Assembly: GCA_046563655.1 (NCBI GenBank)
Contig: CM102285.1
Span: 8,122,001-8,186,000, forward strand
Direction of reading: 5' to 3'
From: Yuukianura sp. NJ FZ-2021
Lineage: Eukaryota
DNA: 64,000 bases
Position numbers and translations under genes: made by a program. This document shows, piece after piece, positions 60,493 through 64,000 of the stretch (positions are counted from its first letter, which is position 1; each line of letters starts with the position of its first letter). The notes under the pieces were generated by a model. The model saw only the letters and a list, made by a program, of their open reading frames with translations. It was not told the DNA's origin and did no database searches.

Positions 60493-63400
60493 CGCCTCCG
60501 ACTTCCTCGCCAAGTTTTCAGATTCAAATCATCAAAATTCACTCTATCGGGACAGCCCATCTCTTAAAAATTTTAGCGAAAGTTAATGACACTGTGGTCC
60601 CGGTCTTACTTGATACAGGCGCTGAAACCTCCTTAATTGATTCTTCCTTGACGCATCCTCTCGACATTTCACATCTGGACACACCAATAGAGCTCCAGGG
60701 CCTCGGTAGCCAACCAGTAATCCCCGTAATCTACCGTAACGATACAGCTCCACTCCGAAATCATTTTCCACTCTTTGCTTGTCCTTAAAGATTTTCCAAT
60801 GAGAATATTACTCGGTAACGATTTCATTCGAAAAACAAAACTAATTATCGACTTTGCCCATGAACAAGTCATCGATCACGAACAACATATTAAAATGATT
60901 CCCCCACAAACCTCCTCTCCCTTAACTCACAACACACGCAAAACATACACACTCGTTAGCACACAGGACTACTTACACATCTCAACGGACAGCGGCCGCC
61001 GTGTGATCCTGCCACCCTCTGACGACCTCCGGCCGACCCCTGATCAAGGTCAAATGGTGGATCCAACGCAGAGGATGACAGCATCCACACCCGTCGAGAT
61101 TCTGGAAAGCCTTGGACACACCCAAGCAGCGGATAGGCCAATAGGCGTCCTATCTCTGGAAAGCCTTGGACACACCCAAGCAGCAGCACTAGCTCCACCC
61201 AATTGGAGTACGATGATCACGGAGGCGTTCCCCACCACTCCGCCCTACAGGAGTATGCTGACCGAAGCGGCGTTCATTTCCGCTCCTATCGACAGGAGCA
61301 TGACCCCAGCGTTCACATACCAAACCTCACCACTAACACAGTATCAAACTTTACACAACACACGTTCACCGTCTGTCAAAACAGTTCCGAGTCGAATCCG
61401 CCAATGGGTCCGGTCTCTCACACACAAACTAAGAACACACAATACACCTCAATTAACCTCTTCGCTTTCTACTACTCGTACCTACACAGCTGTACCCTCA
61501 CCTCTCACAGTCATACCACCAACCACTCTTACAGTTAACATCTCCGAGCTGGTTCCTCCGCCCCCAGAGGACCCCTCGGTTATAGATGAAACGTTGCCTT
61601 CCTTTCACATCTCCCAGCTTCCTCCTGACCTTCTTGAGGAACACAAAACCAAAATCTTTGCTCAAATTAGTCTCGACCTTTCCGAAGTCCAACAGAATCA
61701 AATTAAGGGGGTCTTATCAGACTTCCTTGACGTATTTGCGTTTCGTAGTCAGATCGGCACCATGAAGTCTTACTACCACCATATCGTTCTTAAAGATAAC
61801 GCCAAATGTTTCCGACAACAACCGGCGAAACGCAGTGAAGCCAGCATGGCTTGCGAGAATAAAGCGGTTGAGGAACTCCTTCGCCTCAAACGGATCCGTC
61901 CAAGTAACTCGAATTACTGCTCCCGGACCGTTTTGGTCCCGGACGGTCATAAAATGGCCGACGGCAGCACTAGCTTTCGCTTAGCCATTGACTACACCAA
62001 GTTAAATTCCATGACAGCTCCTATCGAATTTTCACTCGTAGGTATTGACACCATTCTAGAGTGGCTACGACCTCGCCATACGTATATGTCCATTTGCGAT
62101 GTTTCTAAATCATACTGGTCTATACCAATGAGTGAGGAAAGCAAGCAATACACACAGTTTACTACTTTCCTTGGGAATTTTGAATTCAATTATATGCCGT
62201 TTGGCCTGGCTTTTGCCAGTGCTTCCTGGGTTCGCGCCCTTACCATGGTATTAGGCACTCTGCTTTATGTCACGTGCGCCACCTACATCGATGACATCAT
62301 CATGGGAGCTGAGACCTGGGACAAACACCTTCAGGACATCCGGCTCACGTTTACTCGCCTTAGGGAGTTTGGAGTCAAACTTAGTATCCACAAATGTAAG
62401 TTCGGTTACAAACAACTCCCCATTCTCGGGATGATTATCGATCAGGACGGCATCCGCCCCAGCCCAAAGCGGGTCCAGGCAGTCCTCGACATACCATACC
62501 CGACGTCGGTTACTAAACTCCAACAGGCCCTAGGATCTGTCAATTGGCTACGTCGTTCGATTCCCAATCTCTCTATTATCAGTCGCCCTTTGTACGAACT
62601 TCTCAGAAAGGATCAACCTTTCCAATTCGAAGCACGGCATAAGGAAGCGTTCGACGCTATCAAGGCAGCCTTAACGCACGAACCAGTACTTCATTGGTTT
62701 GTGCAGAGTCGGGAGACAAAGGTATTCACGGATGCTAGCATGACAGGCATCGGATGTTGTCTATTCCAAGTCAATGATCAACAAATCGACGTCCCTTGCG
62801 CATACTACTCCGTTACTTTGACTAAATCACAATCTGCTCTGCCGGCATATCTCCGAGAGGTCTTAGCGATTGTCACTGCATGCCGCGTATTCCACATCTA
62901 TCTTCATGGCAAGCACTTTACGGTATACACGGATAGTCTTCCAGCTTCATTTCTAAAGACAGCTAATTTGACCAAGAAACTCAATGACAGGTTGACGTTG
63001 TGGTCTCTGAGTCTCCTCGACTATGACTTCGACATTAAATATCGATCGGGCAAGACCCAAGAATTTCCTGACTGGCTGAGTCGCAACAGCCAACCAGAGA
63101 CATTTAACGATTTAACCGGCCTTAAAGATCCATATACCCTAGCTATCAATTACGCTCCCATCCTGATTTCTAAACTCAACGCTAAAACCTTTCAACATAG
63201 CAACGAACTGTATGATTGGAAAGAGCTGCAGCGACATGATGCCTTTTGTAATCACATTCGAGCAAAGCTAGAATTGAACCATCCTCAGATTCGAAAGCGG
63301 TATTTAATCAAGAAGGGCTTGATTTATGATCTTAAACTAGGCTTCAGTAGAATTGTAGTTCCCGACACCGTACGTCGCACTATTCTCTTTGATGCTCATT

Positions 63401-63942
63401 CTAGCCCACTCGGAGGCCACGTTGGGTTCTCCAAGACTTACCTCCGGCTGATCCAACGATATACCTGGCCAACTATGAAGTCAGATCTGTATGCTTTCAT
63501 CCTAGCCTGCGACCTTTGTTCTCGAATGAAGCGTCACTATGGGAAGAAGCAAGGCCTCTCGGGCAACCTTCCGGTTCCACAATACCCCCACGAAGTTGTA
63601 TCATCCGACATCATAGGCAAATTAAAAATTCCCAGCGAAGGGTATTCTTACATTCTCAACATTGTCTGCCTCCTCACACACTACACCATTTTAGTACCAC
63701 TGAAGTTCCTCACAGAAGATGAATTAGCGGAAGCCTTCGAACAGGAGTTATTCCTCAGATATGGCGTTCCAAGGGTCATAATCACGGACAACGGCTCTAA
63801 TTACACATCAGCGCTAATGAAACATCATGCGACCCTCTTTAAAACTCGTATCCGTCACCCTCTTTATCAAATGCCCAATTTCGCAGAAACAAATCATGCC
63901 TTTCCGGAACCCGCCACCTCATACCCACGCTTCGCTTGTTAA
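60420..63942 (+). CDS. Gypsy pol: protease, RT, RNase H, integrase (partial)
   Basis: AAAAAAC slippery site near 60420; LLDTGA; IDYTKLN, MPFGL, YIDD; TDAS, YTDS; H..GH...CDLC; SDIIG, TDNGSNY. Frameshift near 60780; homology is lost after about 63860. Confidence 0.95.
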
Positions 63943-64000
63943 GTTAACCGCGTATCCTACATACCCTCAACCTGTTAAATTAAGCTCTGTCGTCAAAATT

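Larger units (their letters stand above)
58055..63942 (+). mobile_element. Ty3/Gypsy retrotransposon, 3'-truncated within integrase
   Basis: Domain order gag-PR-RT-RH-IN; putative 5' LTR at about 58055-58483 (boundaries uncertain). Confidence 0.9.

Overview
Eukaryotic, intron-containing, AT-rich genomic DNA, most likely an invertebrate and probably an arthropod. Almost all of it is nested transposable elements around one recognisable host gene, the 3' part of virilizer/VIRMA (minus strand, 33958-38751). The main finding is a young, fully delimited 9.8 kb LTR element at 11330-21160 (minus strand; 380 bp LTRs differing at about 3 positions, 5 bp TSD CCTCG, tRNA-Tyr-like PBS, PPT). It has no gag or pol apart from a short integrase-tail-like remnant. 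Instead it carries (i) four tandem paralogous signal-peptide proteins related to class III viral fusion glycoproteins, none with a transmembrane anchor and each directly behind its own splice acceptor, and (ii) an intact antisense gene of 8 or more exons encoding a ~700 aa Cys/His-rich protein. A second, diverged copy of the element (2701-5248) keeps the same exon sizes. The rest of the window holds three LINE remnants, a tRNA-derived SINE, a decayed SET-domain gene next to a Polinton/Maverick-type DNA polymerase B, several MITE/foldback elements including a 2.8 kb palindrome, a Copia 5' half with a half-tRNA-Ile PBS, a 46 bp tandem array ahead of two paralogous orphan ORFs, and a Gypsy element with an extra upstream ORF. 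All family calls come from motif recognition by eye; no searches were run.
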